Source of the DNA: Candidatus Pampinifervens sinense
Lineage (GTDB): Bacteria > Aquificota > Aquificia > Aquificales > Aquificaceae
NCBI GenBank assembly: GCA_037927135.1
Contig: JAXSPP010000007.1
Coordinates: 1-64,000, forward strand
Direction: 5' to 3'
Length of the DNA stretch: 64,000 nucleotides
This document shows positions 1 through 10,505 of the stretch, piece by piece. How positions within the stretch are numbered: position 1 is the first letter of the stretch; each line of letters opens with the position of its first letter. The position numbers were made by a program, and so were the translations under genes. The notes under the pieces were generated by a model. The model saw only the letters and a program-made list of their open reading frames with translations, ran no database searches and had not been told where the DNA came from.

Positions 1-23
1 AGGTAAGGTGGTATAATTTCCAT
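1..23 (-). CDS. Probable 5' end of a gene running off the window (MEIIPPY...)
   Basis: Minus-strand ATG at 23 with GGAGG at 36-32; only 7 codons visible. Confidence 0.45.
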
Positions 24-153
24 GGTAAAAACCTCCGATGGTTTTTAGGGCTACTATTATAGTAGCCCTGCTGTCTTTTTATTGATATGGAAGGTTTAGC
101 TTAAAGGGAATTTCTCACTCGGCGTATTATCTCCTTAAGATTATACTATTCTT

Positions 154-675
154 ATGGAAAGAGCGCTTTGGGAAGAGGCTTTGGTGGAGGAAATGATATA
201 TCTGATAGCCCATCTTGCCCATGCGGAACAGCACCTTATGGAGTTGGAAGGGGAGACAAAGCTTGAAGACCTTGTGGCATACATAGATGAATTGAGAAAC
301 AGGAGAAAAACTGTAGGGAACCTTCTTTTCTCCATTCTTGATCTATCGGGGGAAGGCGGTGGAGAGTTCAGGAGCAAGATAGAGAGCCTTTGGTGTGTTC
401 TAAAACATCTTTCTATGGCTTTGGTGCATTGCGATGAGTCTGCGGAGAAGGTTATAAGAAGGATGGACTGTGCCTTGGCGCAAGGGAAAGAAGAAACGGC
501 AAAGGAGCTTTCTAAAAAGCTAAAAGAGCTGTATGAGCTTCGCCAATCTTTGAGAAATTCTATAAGAGAACTGCTTTTTGATGTCTCAAAGAAAATCAGC
601 AAGGCACCAGCGGTAAGGTGTAGGGAAGACCTATGCCTTATGGAAGGAGGAGAAGATGCCCTACAGGGACCTTAG
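154..675 (+). CDS. Hypothetical helical protein with duplicated H-x6-H-x2-E motif
   Basis: 173-aa ORF overlapping the ubiD start; TATACT 6 nt before the ATG. Confidence 0.75.
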   Translation: MERALWEEALVEEMIYLIAHLAHAEQHLMELEGETKLEDLVAYIDELRNRRKTVGNLLFSILDLSGEGGGEFRSKIESLWCVLKHLSMALVHCDESAEKVIRRMDCALAQGKEETAKELSKKLKELYELRQSLRNSIRELLFDVSKKISKAPAVRCREDLCLMEGGEDALQGP

Positions 676-2110
676 AGACTTTATCAAAAGGCTTGAAAAG
701 GAAGGAGAAATCATAAGGATAAAGGAAGAGCTTTCTCCCATACTTGAGATAACGGAGGTGACAGACAGGGTTTGTAAACTTCCCGGTGGTGGGAAGGCCT
801 TACTCTTTGAGAGGCCAAAGGGCTACTCTATTCCTGTGCTTACCAACCTTTTGGGTTCTGAAAAAAGGATAAAGCTTGCCCTTGGCTATGAAAAGCTTGA
901 GGATATAGGCTGGAAGCTATACAAACTCCTAAGGCCAGAGATTCCTCACACCTTCCTTGACAAGTTAAAAAAACTGCCAGAGTTAAAAAAGTTAAACGAT
1001 TCTCTACCAAAGGTTGTAAAGGATGGTCCCATAAGGGAGAATGTAAAAAGGGAGAGGATTGACCTTTTTGAGTTTCCCATACTTCAATGTTGGCCAGAAG
1101 ACGGTGGAAGATATATAACCTTTGGCCAAGTTATCACAAAGGACCCAGAAAGCGGCATAAGGAACGTGGGCCTATACCGCCTTCAGGTGCTATCTTCTAC
1201 AGAGTTGGCCATGCATTGGCAGATACACAAGGATGGAAACCATCACTACTGGAAGGCAAAAAGGCTAAAGAAAAGGCTTGAGGTGGCTGTAGCCATAGGT
1301 GGGGATCCTGTGCTTTCTTATGTGGCCTCCGCACCTTTGCCACCGGAGGTGGATGAATACCTCTTTGCAGGCTTCATAAGGGAGGAGGGTGTGGAACTCA
1401 TAAAGGGTATAACCGTTGACCTTGAATATCCAGCCCATGCGGAGATAGTGGTAGAAGGCTATGTGGACCCAGAAGAACCCCTGGTGGATGAAGGTCCCTT
1501 TGGGGACCACACGGGCTTTTACACGCCTGTGGACAAGTATCCTAAGATGCACGTAACGGCCATCCTTTACAGAAACAATCCCATATACCTTACCACCATA
1601 GTGGGAAGGCCACCCCAAGAGGACAAATACATAGGCTGGGCAACGGAGAGGATATTTTTGCCCCTTATAAAGTTCAACCTGCCTGAGGTGGTAGATTACC
1701 ACCTGCCCGCCGAAGGCTGTTTCCACAACTTCTGCTTTGTATCCATAAAGAAACGCTATCCAGGGCATGCCTTTAAGGTAGCCTATGGCCTTTTGGGCCT
1801 TGGTCTTATGTCCCTCACAAAGCATATAGTGGTCTTTGACGAGGACATAGACGTTCATGACTTTGGACAGGTGCTTTGGGCCTGGGGCAATAATGTGGAC
1901 CCATCAAGGGATGTGCTTATACTGAAAGGCCCTATAGACGTTTTGGACCACAGCACAAACCATGTGGGCTTTGGTGGAAAGATGATAATAGATGCTACAA
2001 CCAAGTGGAAGGAGGAAGGCTACACAAGGGAGTGGCCAAAGGTGATAGAGATGTCAAAGGAAGTAAAGGAGAGGATAGATAGGATATGGGAGAGGCTGGG
2101 GATAAAGTAA
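656..2110 (+). CDS. ubiD: UbiD-family (menaquinone pathway) decarboxylase
   Basis: N-terminal DLRDFI..LE, RNVGLYRLQ, EGPFGDHTGFY, GRPPQED motifs. Confidence 0.93.
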   Translation: MPYRDLRDFIKRLEKEGEIIRIKEELSPILEITEVTDRVCKLPGGGKALLFERPKGYSIPVLTNLLGSEKRIKLALGYEKLEDIGWKLYKLLRPEIPHTFLDKLKKLPELKKLNDSLPKVVKDGPIRENVKRERIDLFEFPILQCWPEDGGRYITFGQVITKDPESGIRNVGLYRLQVLSSTELAMHWQIHKDGNHHYWKAKRLKKRLEVAVAIGGDPVLSYVASAPLPPEVDEYLFAGFIREEGVELIKGITVDLEYPAHAEIVVEGYVDPEEPLVDEGPFGDHTGFYTPVDKYPKMHVTAILYRNNPIYLTTIVGRPPQEDKYIGWATERIFLPLIKFNLPEVVDYHLPAEGCFHNFCFVSIKKRYPGHAFKVAYGLLGLGLMSLTKHIVVFDEDIDVHDFGQVLWAWGNNVDPSRDVLILKGPIDVLDHSTNHVGFGGKMIIDATTKWKEEGYTREWPKVIEMSKEVKERIDRIWERLGIK

Positions 2111-2811
2111 GACTTTTTTCAAAGGTGGAACTCCTTGATCATGAGAAGCACAAAAACTTAAAGTGGCACTGTCTAAAGGAAAGTTGTCCGCATAGCTGTT
2201 GTCTTATACCCGATAGGACCTTCGTAGTTTTGGAGGAGGTCATTCCACTCTCAAGGCACTTCCCTGTGGTGATAAACGTTGAGATAGATGAGGAAAATAG
2301 GGAACAGAGGCTTCTTTGTGCCTACTTTAGGCTCAAAGAGGACAGAAAGGGCTGTATATATCTCAAGGATGGGGTGGGTTGTCTTATAGAAGGTGAAAAG
2401 CCTTACACTTGCAGACAGTATCCTTTCTTTATAGAGGGTGAGTATCTTGCCCTTGACCTTACCTGCCCTGGCTTTTCTGAGGTGGAAGGAAACTCCTTAT
2501 GGGAGGGTGAGTTTGTAGCCCCATACTTTGAAAGGAACTTTTATGCCTATTCTCTTAGACTGAAGGAAAGCAAGGAGGAGACGGAGGAGTTTTTAAACCT
2601 TCTGTTTGAACTAAAGCTTGTGGTGGGTGGAAGGCTAAGCTATGAAGGGGTAGAAGTTTCCTTTAATATGGTAGATGAAGAAAGGCTACTTGATCTGCCA
2701 AAGGAAATACAAAAAGAGTTTCAAAAGAAGGGCTATCTGAAGGTCATATACGCTCATATAAACTCTTTGCAAAATTGGGAGAGGCTAATAAGGAGATACC
2801 TTAGCGGTTAG
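2086..2811 (+). CDS. YkgJ-family cysteine-cluster (Zn/Fe chelating) protein
   Basis: C-x4-C-x3-CC ... GCIYL..GC ... KPYTCRQYPF ... CPG. Confidence 0.8.
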   Translation: MGEAGDKVRLFSKVELLDHEKHKNLKWHCLKESCPHSCCLIPDRTFVVLEEVIPLSRHFPVVINVEIDEENREQRLLCAYFRLKEDRKGCIYLKDGVGCLIEGEKPYTCRQYPFFIEGEYLALDLTCPGFSEVEGNSLWEGEFVAPYFERNFYAYSLRLKESKEETEEFLNLLFELKLVVGGRLSYEGVEVSFNMVDEERLLDLPKEIQKEFQKKGYLKVIYAHINSLQNWERLIRRYLSG

Positions 2812-3301
2812 AAAGGATAAAGATGAGGTCCGCTATCTCGTCCCTCTCCCCTTGGTTGTTTCCCTTTTGAACCACGGTAATACTATCCTTTACCACCCTC
2901 CTCGCAAAGAGAAACCTTTTTTGCCAATAGGGGTCGTCTATCCTATCTATGGTTATTCCTCTTTTTTCGCTGGCATGGACCATCTTACCGTTGCCAATGT
3001 ATATGCCCACATGGGAGGGCCCTGGCCTGTATGTGCTAAAAAACAGTAGGTCTCCCGGCCTTATCTCATCAAGGCTTACTGGAATTCCCACTTGGGCCTG
3101 TTCTGCCGTGCTTCTTGGAAGGCTTATGCCGTTTACCTCAAAGACCCTTTTTACAAAGGCGGAACAGTCCATTCGGTAAAGTTCATTGGCGCCAAACTGG
3201 TAAGGCCTCTCCATATAGGTGAGGGCTGTAAGAACTATGCTATCCGTTCCTGCCAAGGCCAAACTTCCGACTAAAAATACCCCTACTATTCCTCCCCTCA
3301 T
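2801..3301 (-). CDS. NlpC/P60 (C40) cell-wall peptidase, secreted
   Basis: Signal peptide, PYQFG, DCSAFV, LPRST..Q, PGDLLFF, HVGIYIG, HAS. Confidence 0.93.
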   Translation of the reverse strand: MRGGIVGVFLVGSLALAGTDSIVLTALTYMERPYQFGANELYRMDCSAFVKRVFEVNGISLPRSTAEQAQVGIPVSLDEIRPGDLLFFSTYRPGPSHVGIYIGNGKMVHASEKRGITIDRIDDPYWQKRFLFARRVVKDSITVVQKGNNQGERDEIADLIFILSNR

Positions 3302-4400
3302 GTGGGTTAAGTATACTCTTAAAGCTCTCTATGGTCAAGTGTTTTAAAAATTCAAACAATCCTTTAAGGTAAAGCTCTCCATAGCTTTTTTCTCCTAAAA
3401 GCACCCTGTAAAAGTTTTTCAAGGCATAATCCCTTCCCATTTTATACGCCACATATTGGAACCTGTAGGCAAGCTTGGCTATCTTTCCAGCACTCAGAAG
3501 CTCTTCTTTTAGAGGCCTTAAAAGCTCTCTGTAGGCCTTTAGAGGCTCCTGCGGGCTTTTGACTATTGCCTCCGAGGCAAGCCTTCCCGCCCAAAGGGCG
3601 TAGTATATGCCTTCTCCCAAAAGTGGGTCTGTCATGCTTGCCGAGTCTCCCACAAGAAGCACCCTATCCCTTCCAAGCCTTAGGTCCCCTTCTGGAAAGG
3701 GTATGTGCCAGCCCTTCGGATGGATAAACTTTATGCCCTTTTTATTTGAATACTCCCTTAGTATCTTCAAAAGGTCCTCCTTGCCCGTGGTGGCAATGCC
3801 CACGCTTATGCCATCACCGTGAGGGAAGACCCAAAGGTAGCCCCTGCTCACCCAGCCTATCTCTATTAGCACCTCCTCCTTTAGGTCTCCTTCTGTGAAA
3901 AACTCAAGGCTTTTGAAGGCCCTTCTTTTCCCAAAGCCCAAAATATCCGCCGTTTTTGAATGGGCTCCATCCGCACCCACTATAAAGTCCGAAAAAAAAC
4001 TTCCAGAAGAGGTATAAACCTTGTAGCTTTGTCCTTCCTTCTCAAAGCCTAAAAAGCTTGCCTGCAAGAGGTCTGCACCAGCCTCAAGGGCCTTCTCCAC
4101 AAGGAAGTGGTCAAAATCCCTTCTGTCCACTATGTAGGCTATTTCTTTGTCCACCTCCAGTCTATACTCTTCAAGCCCTCTATAGCCAAGCCTTCCAGCC
4201 CTTATCCTGTTTATCAAAAGCCTCTCATAGCCTTCTGGAAGAAGTTTTAAGGCTCTGGCAGAAAGACAGCCGGCGCAAAGCTTAAACCTTGGAAGCCTCT
4301 CCTTTTCCACAAGAAGGACTTTAAGGCCCCTTTTTGAGAGGTGGTAGGCCGTAGAGGCCCCAGCCGGACCTCCTCCTATGACTATAGCATCATACCTCAA
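3240..4400 (-). CDS. Geranylgeranyl reductase-family FAD oxidoreductase
   Basis: GGGPAG, RFKLCAG, GADG, GYLWVFP, GDSA..DPLLGEGI; TTG start. Confidence 0.88.
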   Translation of the reverse strand: MRYDAIVIGGGPAGASTAYHLSKRGLKVLLVEKERLPRFKLCAGCLSARALKLLPEGYERLLINRIRAGRLGYRGLEEYRLEVDKEIAYIVDRRDFDHFLVEKALEAGADLLQASFLGFEKEGQSYKVYTSSGSFFSDFIVGADGAHSKTADILGFGKRRAFKSLEFFTEGDLKEEVLIEIGWVSRGYLWVFPHGDGISVGIATTGKEDLLKILREYSNKKGIKFIHPKGWHIPFPEGDLRLGRDRVLLVGDSASMTDPLLGEGIYYALWAGRLASEAIVKSPQEPLKAYRELLRPLKEELLSAGKIAKLAYRFQYVAYKMGRDYALKNFYRVLLGEKSYGELYLKGLFEFLKHLTIESFKSILNPHEGRNSRGIFSRKFGLGRNG

Positions 4401-4401
4401 G

Positions 4402-5328
4402 CTAGAACCTCAAGAGGCTTGCCCCCCATGTGAGGCCACCACCCATGGCAGTAAGCAGGACTATATTGCCCCTTTTTAGCCTTCCCTCCTCCTTGGCCTC
4501 GCAGAGGGCTATGGGTATGGATGCGGCGCTTGTGTTTCCATACTTGTGTATGTTTGAATAGACCTTTTCCATAGAAATACCAAGCCTTTCGGCCAAGGCC
4601 TGCATGATCCTTATGTTTGCCTGATGTGGAACTACCAAATCTATGTCTTCTTTGGAAACTCCAGCCCTTTGCATAACTTCTTCACACACATCTGCCATGG
4701 CCCTCACGGCCAGCTTAAAAAGCTCCTTTCCTTTCATGTTTATATAGCCACACCTTTCTGCGTACAGTATCTCCCAATAGTTGCCATCGGACCTCATAAC
4801 CGATGCCAAAAGCTCCCCTTCCCCTTCGGAGGAGAGGACCACTGCACCCGCACCATCTCCAAAGAGGACGCATGTGGACCTGTCCGTCCAGTTTACTATC
4901 TGGGATAGCTTTTCCGCACCTACCAGAAGGATGTTTTTTGCCTTTCCCGAACTTAGCAAGGCGCTGGCTATCTCAAGGCCATACAAAAAGCCGCTACAGG
5001 CGGCGGATATATCAAAGGCGTAGGCCTTGTGGCATCCAAGCCTTGCCTGCAAAAGGCATGCGCTGGCTGGAAAGCCTAGGTCTGGTGTGAGGGTGGCAAG
5101 GATTATAACATCAATATCCTCTGGTGAGAGGCTTGCATCCTCTAAGGCTCTAAGGCTTGCCCTGTATGCCATATCAAGGAGGCTTTCCTCCTTTGCTATC
5201 CTTCTTTCCTTTATGCCGGTTCTTGTGGTTATCCACTCATCGGATGTATCCACCATCTTCTCAAGGTCAAAGTTGGTCAAAACGTTTTCTGGAGTGTAAT
5301 AGCCCATACCCCTTATGCTTATACCCAT
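4402..5328 (-). CDS. fabH: Beta-ketoacyl-ACP synthase III
   Basis: DTSDEWI..RTGI, AACSGF, PHQAN, GNTSAAS. Confidence 0.97.
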   Translation of the reverse strand: MGISIRGMGYYTPENVLTNFDLEKMVDTSDEWITTRTGIKERRIAKEESLLDMAYRASLRALEDASLSPEDIDVIILATLTPDLGFPASACLLQARLGCHKAYAFDISAACSGFLYGLEIASALLSSGKAKNILLVGAEKLSQIVNWTDRSTCVLFGDGAGAVVLSSEGEGELLASVMRSDGNYWEILYAERCGYINMKGKELFKLAVRAMADVCEEVMQRAGVSKEDIDLVVPHQANIRIMQALAERLGISMEKVYSNIHKYGNTSAASIPIALCEAKEEGRLKRGNIVLLTAMGGGLTWGASLLRF

Positions 5329-6335
5329 CAGACCTTTACCTCTTGAGGCAATAATCTTTTTAGGTTTTCAGAAAGCCTTTCGTTGAAGTGATGGGTTAAA
5401 AACTCGTTGGCAACTCTTATGGCGTTCTTTATGGCCTTGGCGTTTGCCCTTCCATGGGTTATGATGACTGGCTTTTTTGCACCAAGGAGGGGTATGCCAC
5501 CATACTCGGTAAAGTCTGCCTTCTTTTTGAAGTTGTTCAAGGCAGGCCTCATAAGCAAGGCCCCTATCTTTGCCAAAAGGCTCTTTTGCACCTCCTCCTT
5601 TATCATCTGAAGCACAGCAAAGCCAAGGCTCTCACTTGCCTTTAGTATAACATTGCCCACAAAGCCATCGCACACTATAACGTCAAAGGTGCCCGCGTAT
5701 ATGTCCCTTCCCTCCGCATTTCCCTTAAAGTTTAGCTTGCTCGCCTTCAAAAGGGGATAGGTTTCCTTTACAAGCTCGTTGCCTTTGCCTTCCTCCTCTC
5801 CTATGCTAAGGATCCCCACCCTTGGGTTCTTTATTCCCAGTATCTCCTCGGCGTAAGTGTGCCCTATTACGGCAAAATGTAAAAGATGCTTAGGCTTACA
5901 GTCCACGTTGGCACCCACATCAATAAGCACAGTCTTCCCCTTTGGGTTAGGAAGGGCCACACCAATAGCTGGACGCTCAAGGTCCTCAATAGACCCTATG
6001 ACAAACTTACCCACTGTAAGCACTGCGCCCGTATTTCCGGCGGAGACCAAGCCATCGGCAAGCCCATCCCTTACAAGCTTCCCAGCCACAAAAAGGGAAG
6101 ATTGTTTTTTCTTTAAAACGTTGGAAGGTGGCTCGTTCATCTGGATGACCTCTGGTGCATGAACCACCTCCAGCTCTCCCTTAAAGCCCTCCCTCTTTAG
6201 TATGCTTTTTATCCTTTCTTCGTCTCCAACCAATATGCTTTCAAGACCCAGTTCCTTATAGGCCAAAATACAACCTTTAACTATCTCCTCGGGGGCATAA
6301 TCACCCCCCATGCAATCAACCGCTATCCTTGTCAT
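5328..6335 (-). CDS. plsX: Phosphate acyltransferase
   Basis: [27 protein letters not shown]; rpmF-plsX-fabH order. Confidence 0.97.
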   Translation of the reverse strand: MTRIAVDCMGGDYAPEEIVKGCILAYKELGLESILVGDEERIKSILKREGFKGELEVVHAPEVIQMNEPPSNVLKKKQSSLFVAGKLVRDGLADGLVSAGNTGAVLTVGKFVIGSIEDLERPAIGVALPNPKGKTVLIDVGANVDCKPKHLLHFAVIGHTYAEEILGIKNPRVGILSIGEEEGKGNELVKETYPLLKASKLNFKGNAEGRDIYAGTFDVIVCDGFVGNVILKASESLGFAVLQMIKEEVQKSLLAKIGALLMRPALNNFKKKADFTEYGGIPLLGAKKPVIITHGRANAKAIKNAIRVANEFLTHHFNERLSENLKRLLPQEVKV

Positions 6336-6517
6336 GAAGTCTTTATAACTTCCCTGCCCTTATAATATCCACAGTAAGGGCATGCCCTATGGGGCATAAT
6401 AGGCTCACCACAGTTTGGACAACTGGCCAAGGATAGGGCTTTTAGCTTAGCAAAAAAGTTTTGAGCTCTTCTTTGATCCCTTCTCCATCTTGACGTTTTT
6501 CTCTTTGGAACAGCCAT
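6332..6517 (-). CDS. rpmF: 50S ribosomal protein L32 (Zn-ribbon form)
   Basis: [13 protein letters not shown]...[10 protein letters not shown]. Confidence 0.97.
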   Translation of the reverse strand: MAVPKRKTSRWRRDQRRAQNFFAKLKALSLASCPNCGEPIMPHRACPYCGYYKGREVIKTS

Positions 6518-6554
6518 TTTAACGCCTCCATAGGAAATTTAAAGGAGATTTTTA

Positions 6555-7046
6555 TTATAGCATATTACTCCTTTTTAGAAGGTCCCCTAGCGTGATCTTC
6601 TCCTCTTCAATCTGTTTGGCCTCAAAGCCCGACATACAATCTGGACTACAAAGGGGCTTTATAGGAATGCTTAGGATGATCTGCTCTCTTACCAAGTTGG
6701 TAAGGTCAAATTCTTCCTCATTCTCATAGAAGGATACATCAAGGTCTGCAGGCTTTAGATACACCACATCCTCCATAGGATAAGGCTCTATCCTCACCAC
6801 TTCCTTCATGCTTATGTCCTTATGATACAGAGTAAGGCATCTACTACACTCTAATACCACATACCCTTCTATCTCCATATGCACCTTGTAGGCACCATCC
6901 TCCTTTGTTATCTCCACATAAACCGATATGGGCTCCTTTATTTCTCCTAAGTCTGGTGGTAGTTTAATATCCTCCGGTTTAAAAAGGAAGTTGTAAAAAA
7001 CCCTTTTCTTAGTTTTGAATATCTCCTTTAGATTTAATTTAACCAT
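6555..7046 (-). CDS. yceD: YceD/DUF177 family protein
   Basis: CSRCL and PIKPLCSPDC motifs, upstream of rpmF; start 7046 or 7064 uncertain. Confidence 0.85.
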   Translation of the reverse strand: MVKLNLKEIFKTKKRVFYNFLFKPEDIKLPPDLGEIKEPISVYVEITKEDGAYKVHMEIEGYVVLECSRCLTLYHKDISMKEVVRIEPYPMEDVVYLKPADLDVSFYENEEEFDLTNLVREQIILSIPIKPLCSPDCMSGFEAKQIEEEKITLGDLLKRSNML

Positions 7047-7091
7047 ATGTTTTAAAATATTCACATTTGAAAAGATTTCAAGGAGGTAAAG

Positions 7092-8069
7092 ATGAGGCTA
7101 GTGGCTGTAGGAGGAGGAACAGGGCTTTCAACCCTGCTGAGGGGGTTAAAGGAAAAGGTAGGAAAAGAAATTCAAGACCTTTCTGCCATAGTTACCGTTG
7201 CGGACAGCGGTGGAAGCACGGGAAGGCTAAGAAAGGTGTATAACCTTCCAGCACCTGGAGATATAAGGAACTGTATAGTGGCCCTCTCAGAAAGCGAAGA
7301 CATAATGAGGGAACTTTTCCAGTTTAGGTTCAAGGGGGAAGAGCTTGAAGGACACGCCTTTGGAAACCTTTTCCTTGTAGCCCTCACAGAGATAACGGGT
7401 AGCTTTATGCAAGCCATAAACATAGCTTCTCAAATCCTTAGAACAAAGGGGGAGATAATACCTGCAACCCTTGAAAGCATTCAACTTTGCGCAGAGTTCA
7501 GCGATGGAGAAAAGATATGTGGGGAGGAAGAGATAACCGAGTATGGTAAGGCAAAAAAGGCAAAGATTGAAAGTATATGGATAGAGCCGGAGGATGCAAA
7601 GGCCCCCATTGATGCCATAGCCAAGATAGAGTCCGCCGATGTTATAGTCTTTGGTCCTGGAAGTCTTTATACAAGCATCATACCAAACCTGCTTATAAAG
7701 GATATAAGGGAGGCTGTTCTTAGGTCTCCAGCCTTTAGGGTTTTTGTGGTAAACGCCATGACGCAACCAGGAGAAACGGATGACTTTACCGCCTACGATC
7801 ATATCAGAGTTTTTAAAGAGATTACTGGTATAGATAGGATAGATGCGGCTATTGTGAATACAAAGATGCCTTCAGACCAGGTTTTAAGAAGGTATTTAAA
7901 AGAGGGTCAGGAGCCTGTTATACCCGATGTGGCCAAGATAGCAAAAGAGGGCATTGAGGTGTATGCGGAGGACTTAATAGGTGAAAAGGAAGACTTTGTG
8001 AGGCATGACTCCAAAAGGCTTGCAGACCTTATAGTGGATATCTACAAAAAGCATGCTGTATTTTCTTGA
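7092..8069 (+). CDS. yvcK: YvcK/CofD-like UDP-GlcNAc-binding gluconeogenesis factor
   Basis: [35 protein letters not shown]. Confidence 0.92.
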   Translation: MRLVAVGGGTGLSTLLRGLKEKVGKEIQDLSAIVTVADSGGSTGRLRKVYNLPAPGDIRNCIVALSESEDIMRELFQFRFKGEELEGHAFGNLFLVALTEITGSFMQAINIASQILRTKGEIIPATLESIQLCAEFSDGEKICGEEEITEYGKAKKAKIESIWIEPEDAKAPIDAIAKIESADVIVFGPGSLYTSIIPNLLIKDIREAVLRSPAFRVFVVNAMTQPGETDDFTAYDHIRVFKEITGIDRIDAAIVNTKMPSDQVLRRYLKEGQEPVIPDVAKIAKEGIEVYAEDLIGEKEDFVRHDSKRLADLIVDIYKKHAVFS

Positions 8070-9561
8070 CTTTGATACTTCAAAGCTTCCCACAGAAAAA
8101 GCCCATATAGTTGTATGCGGTAGCGGTATAGCTGGCTTAACTGTGGCCATAGTCTTAAAGGAGCTTGGCCTTGACCCAGTTATCCTAACAAGAGGCATTG
8201 GAAACACGTATTATTCCCAGGGTGGTATAGCCTGCGCCCTCCATCCGAAGGACAGTCCCTATCTTCACATGCTGGATACCCTTAGGGCTGGAAGAGGATT
8301 GTGTAAGGAGGAAAACCTTAGGATATTGGTGGATGAAGGCATCCAAAGGCTTATGGACCTAAAAAGGTGGGGTGTGGAGTTTGATGAAGATACTACCATA
8401 GAAGGGGGCCATTCCTTTCCAAGGGTTTATAAGGTAAAGGACTACACGGGAAGGGCTATATACGAAGCCCTTTGGAGGAGGGTGAAGGAGCTGAATATAA
8501 GGGTTTTGATGGGAGAGCTGCAAGAGATCTTGGGAGAAGAGAGTGTTGAAGGGCTAATATACTACGATGGGGAGCTAAAGCTTATAAGGACTCCAGTCCT
8601 TGTGCTTGCCACCGGTGGTGCAGCAAGCATGTTTTTACACACTTCCAACCCTGTGAAGGTAAGGGGGGATGCCCTCGGAATAGCCTTAAGAAAGGGATTG
8701 AGCTTGATGAATACAGAGTTTGTCCAGTTTCATCCAACGGTGGTAAAGAACACCAGCATACTCATATCGGAGGCGGTAAGGGGTGAGGGTGCCATAATTG
8801 TGGACCAAAGGGGTGAGAGGTTTGTAGATGAGCTAAAGCCAAGGGATGAAGTGGCAAGGGCTATCTATAAAAGGATAAAGGAAGGTCAGGAGGTATTTAT
8901 AGATCTGAGGAGCCTTGTCCATAAAGGTGTTAAACTTTCAGAAAGGTTTCCTACCATTTACAGCCTGCTGAAAGAGAGGGGTTATGACCCTGAGAGGGAG
9001 CCCATACCTATCACACCCGCTTCCCACTACTTTATAGGTGGTATAGAGGTGGACAGCTATGGGAGGACAGCCTTTCCTGGGCTTTACGCTGTTGGAGAGT
9101 GTGCCTGTACAGGAGTGCATGGTGCCAACAGGCTAGCCTCCAACTCCCTTTTGGAAGGGGTAGTCTTTGGATACAGGACGGCCTATAGGATATGTGGGGA
9201 TATGGCCTTTTTAAAGCTAAAAGAGGGGCCTGTTGAAAATAAAAGGGAAGGAAGGATGGACCCGCCTTTTAGCTTTGAGGATCTAAGAAGGCTCATGTGG
9301 GAGAGCTGCGGACTAGAGAGAGAAGAAGGCCAGTTGAAAGAGGCTGTAAAAAGGCTTAAAGGTTGGCTTGAAGGTTGGGAAAGCTGGAGGCCTACTGTGG
9401 AAAACAGACAGCTTTTGGATATAAGCCTTGTAGCTTTAGCAACCCTCAGCTGTGCTCTATGGAGGAGGGAAAGCAGAGGTGTCCACTATAGGACAGATTA
9501 TCCCTATGAGAGGGAGGAGTTCAGAAGGGATAGTTTTTATCGTTTAAAGGATTTGGTTTAA
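8053..9561 (+). CDS. nadB: L-aspartate oxidase
   Basis: [38 protein letters not shown]. Confidence 0.93.
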   Translation: MLYFLDFDTSKLPTEKAHIVVCGSGIAGLTVAIVLKELGLDPVILTRGIGNTYYSQGGIACALHPKDSPYLHMLDTLRAGRGLCKEENLRILVDEGIQRLMDLKRWGVEFDEDTTIEGGHSFPRVYKVKDYTGRAIYEALWRRVKELNIRVLMGELQEILGEESVEGLIYYDGELKLIRTPVLVLATGGAASMFLHTSNPVKVRGDALGIALRKGLSLMNTEFVQFHPTVVKNTSILISEAVRGEGAIIVDQRGERFVDELKPRDEVARAIYKRIKEGQEVFIDLRSLVHKGVKLSERFPTIYSLLKERGYDPEREPIPITPASHYFIGGIEVDSYGRTAFPGLYAVGECACTGVHGANRLASNSLLEGVVFGYRTAYRICGDMAFLKLKEGPVENKREGRMDPPFSFEDLRRLMWESCGLEREEGQLKEAVKRLKGWLEGWESWRPTVENRQLLDISLVALATLSCALWRRESRGVHYRTDYPYEREEFRRDSFYRLKDLV

Positions 9562-9573
9562 AATAAAGGGCTT

Positions 9574-10503
9574 ATGGGGAAGATAGCTTATGTTTTTCCA
9601 GGACAAGGTTCTCAGTATGTGGGCATGGGCTACGACTTTTATAAGGAGTTTTCAGAAGCTGCCCATGTCTTTCATAGTGCAGAGGGGGCCCTAAGGTACA
9701 ACCTTAGCGACATAATCTTTAAAGGGCCTGATGAGGAGCTAAACCGAACTATAAACACACAGCCAGCCATACTTACCACGAGCCTTGCCATATATGAGGT
9801 GCTAAGGTCTTATGGTTTTCCAGAGCCGGACTTTGTAGCGGGGCATTCCTTAGGAGAGTACACAGCCCTCGCTGTGGCTGGAGGTGTTGAGCTATTTGAA
9901 GCTGTAAGGCTTGCACATCTACGCGGTAAATACATGCAAGAGGCTGTGCCAGAAGGGAAAGGTGCTATGGCAGCCATTCTTAAACTACCACCGGAAAAGG
10001 TGGAAGAGGTATGTAGGCTTGCACAGGATGTTGGTGTGGTAGAGCCAGCAAACTACAACTCTCCAGAGCAAACGGTCATCTCTGGAGAAAAGGAAGCTGT
10101 AGAGAAGGCTAGTCAGATAGCAAGGGAGATGGGCGCTAAGGTCATCCCATTGAAGGTTTCTGTGCCATCCCATTGCTCACTTATGAAGCCTGCGGCGGAC
10201 ACTTTTAGAATAAAGCTTGCGCAAACTCCCATAAAGAACTTACGCATACCTTTAGTGCAAAATTACACCGCAAGGGCTCACACAATGGCACACGAGATAA
10301 GGGAGAATTTGTATAGGCAGATCTTTTCACCTGTAAGATGGTATCAGAGTGTGCTTTATATGGTAGAGCAAGGAGTGGATACCTTTATAGAAGTTGGACC
10401 CAAAAACGTGCTTTCAAAGCTCATACAGCAAACTGTGTCCCATGTGAGGGTCTTTAACGTAGAAAAAGTGGAGGATATAGAGAAGGTCAAAAGAGCACTC
10501 TAG
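9574..10503 (+). CDS. fabD: Malonyl CoA-ACP transacylase
   Basis: FPGQGSQ, TQPA, GHSLGEY. Confidence 0.96.
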   Translation: MGKIAYVFPGQGSQYVGMGYDFYKEFSEAAHVFHSAEGALRYNLSDIIFKGPDEELNRTINTQPAILTTSLAIYEVLRSYGFPEPDFVAGHSLGEYTALAVAGGVELFEAVRLAHLRGKYMQEAVPEGKGAMAAILKLPPEKVEEVCRLAQDVGVVEPANYNSPEQTVISGEKEAVEKASQIAREMGAKVIPLKVSVPSHCSLMKPAADTFRIKLAQTPIKNLRIPLVQNYTARAHTMAHEIRENLYRQIFSPVRWYQSVLYMVEQGVDTFIEVGPKNVLSKLIQQTVSHVRVFNVEKVEDIEKVKRAL

Positions 10504-10505
10504 CC

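Noticed and set aside
6555-6605. YceD tail ITLGDLL as an encapsulin targeting peptide
   Set aside because: Weak match, and YceD is a conserved ribosome-biogenesis gene in its normal operon
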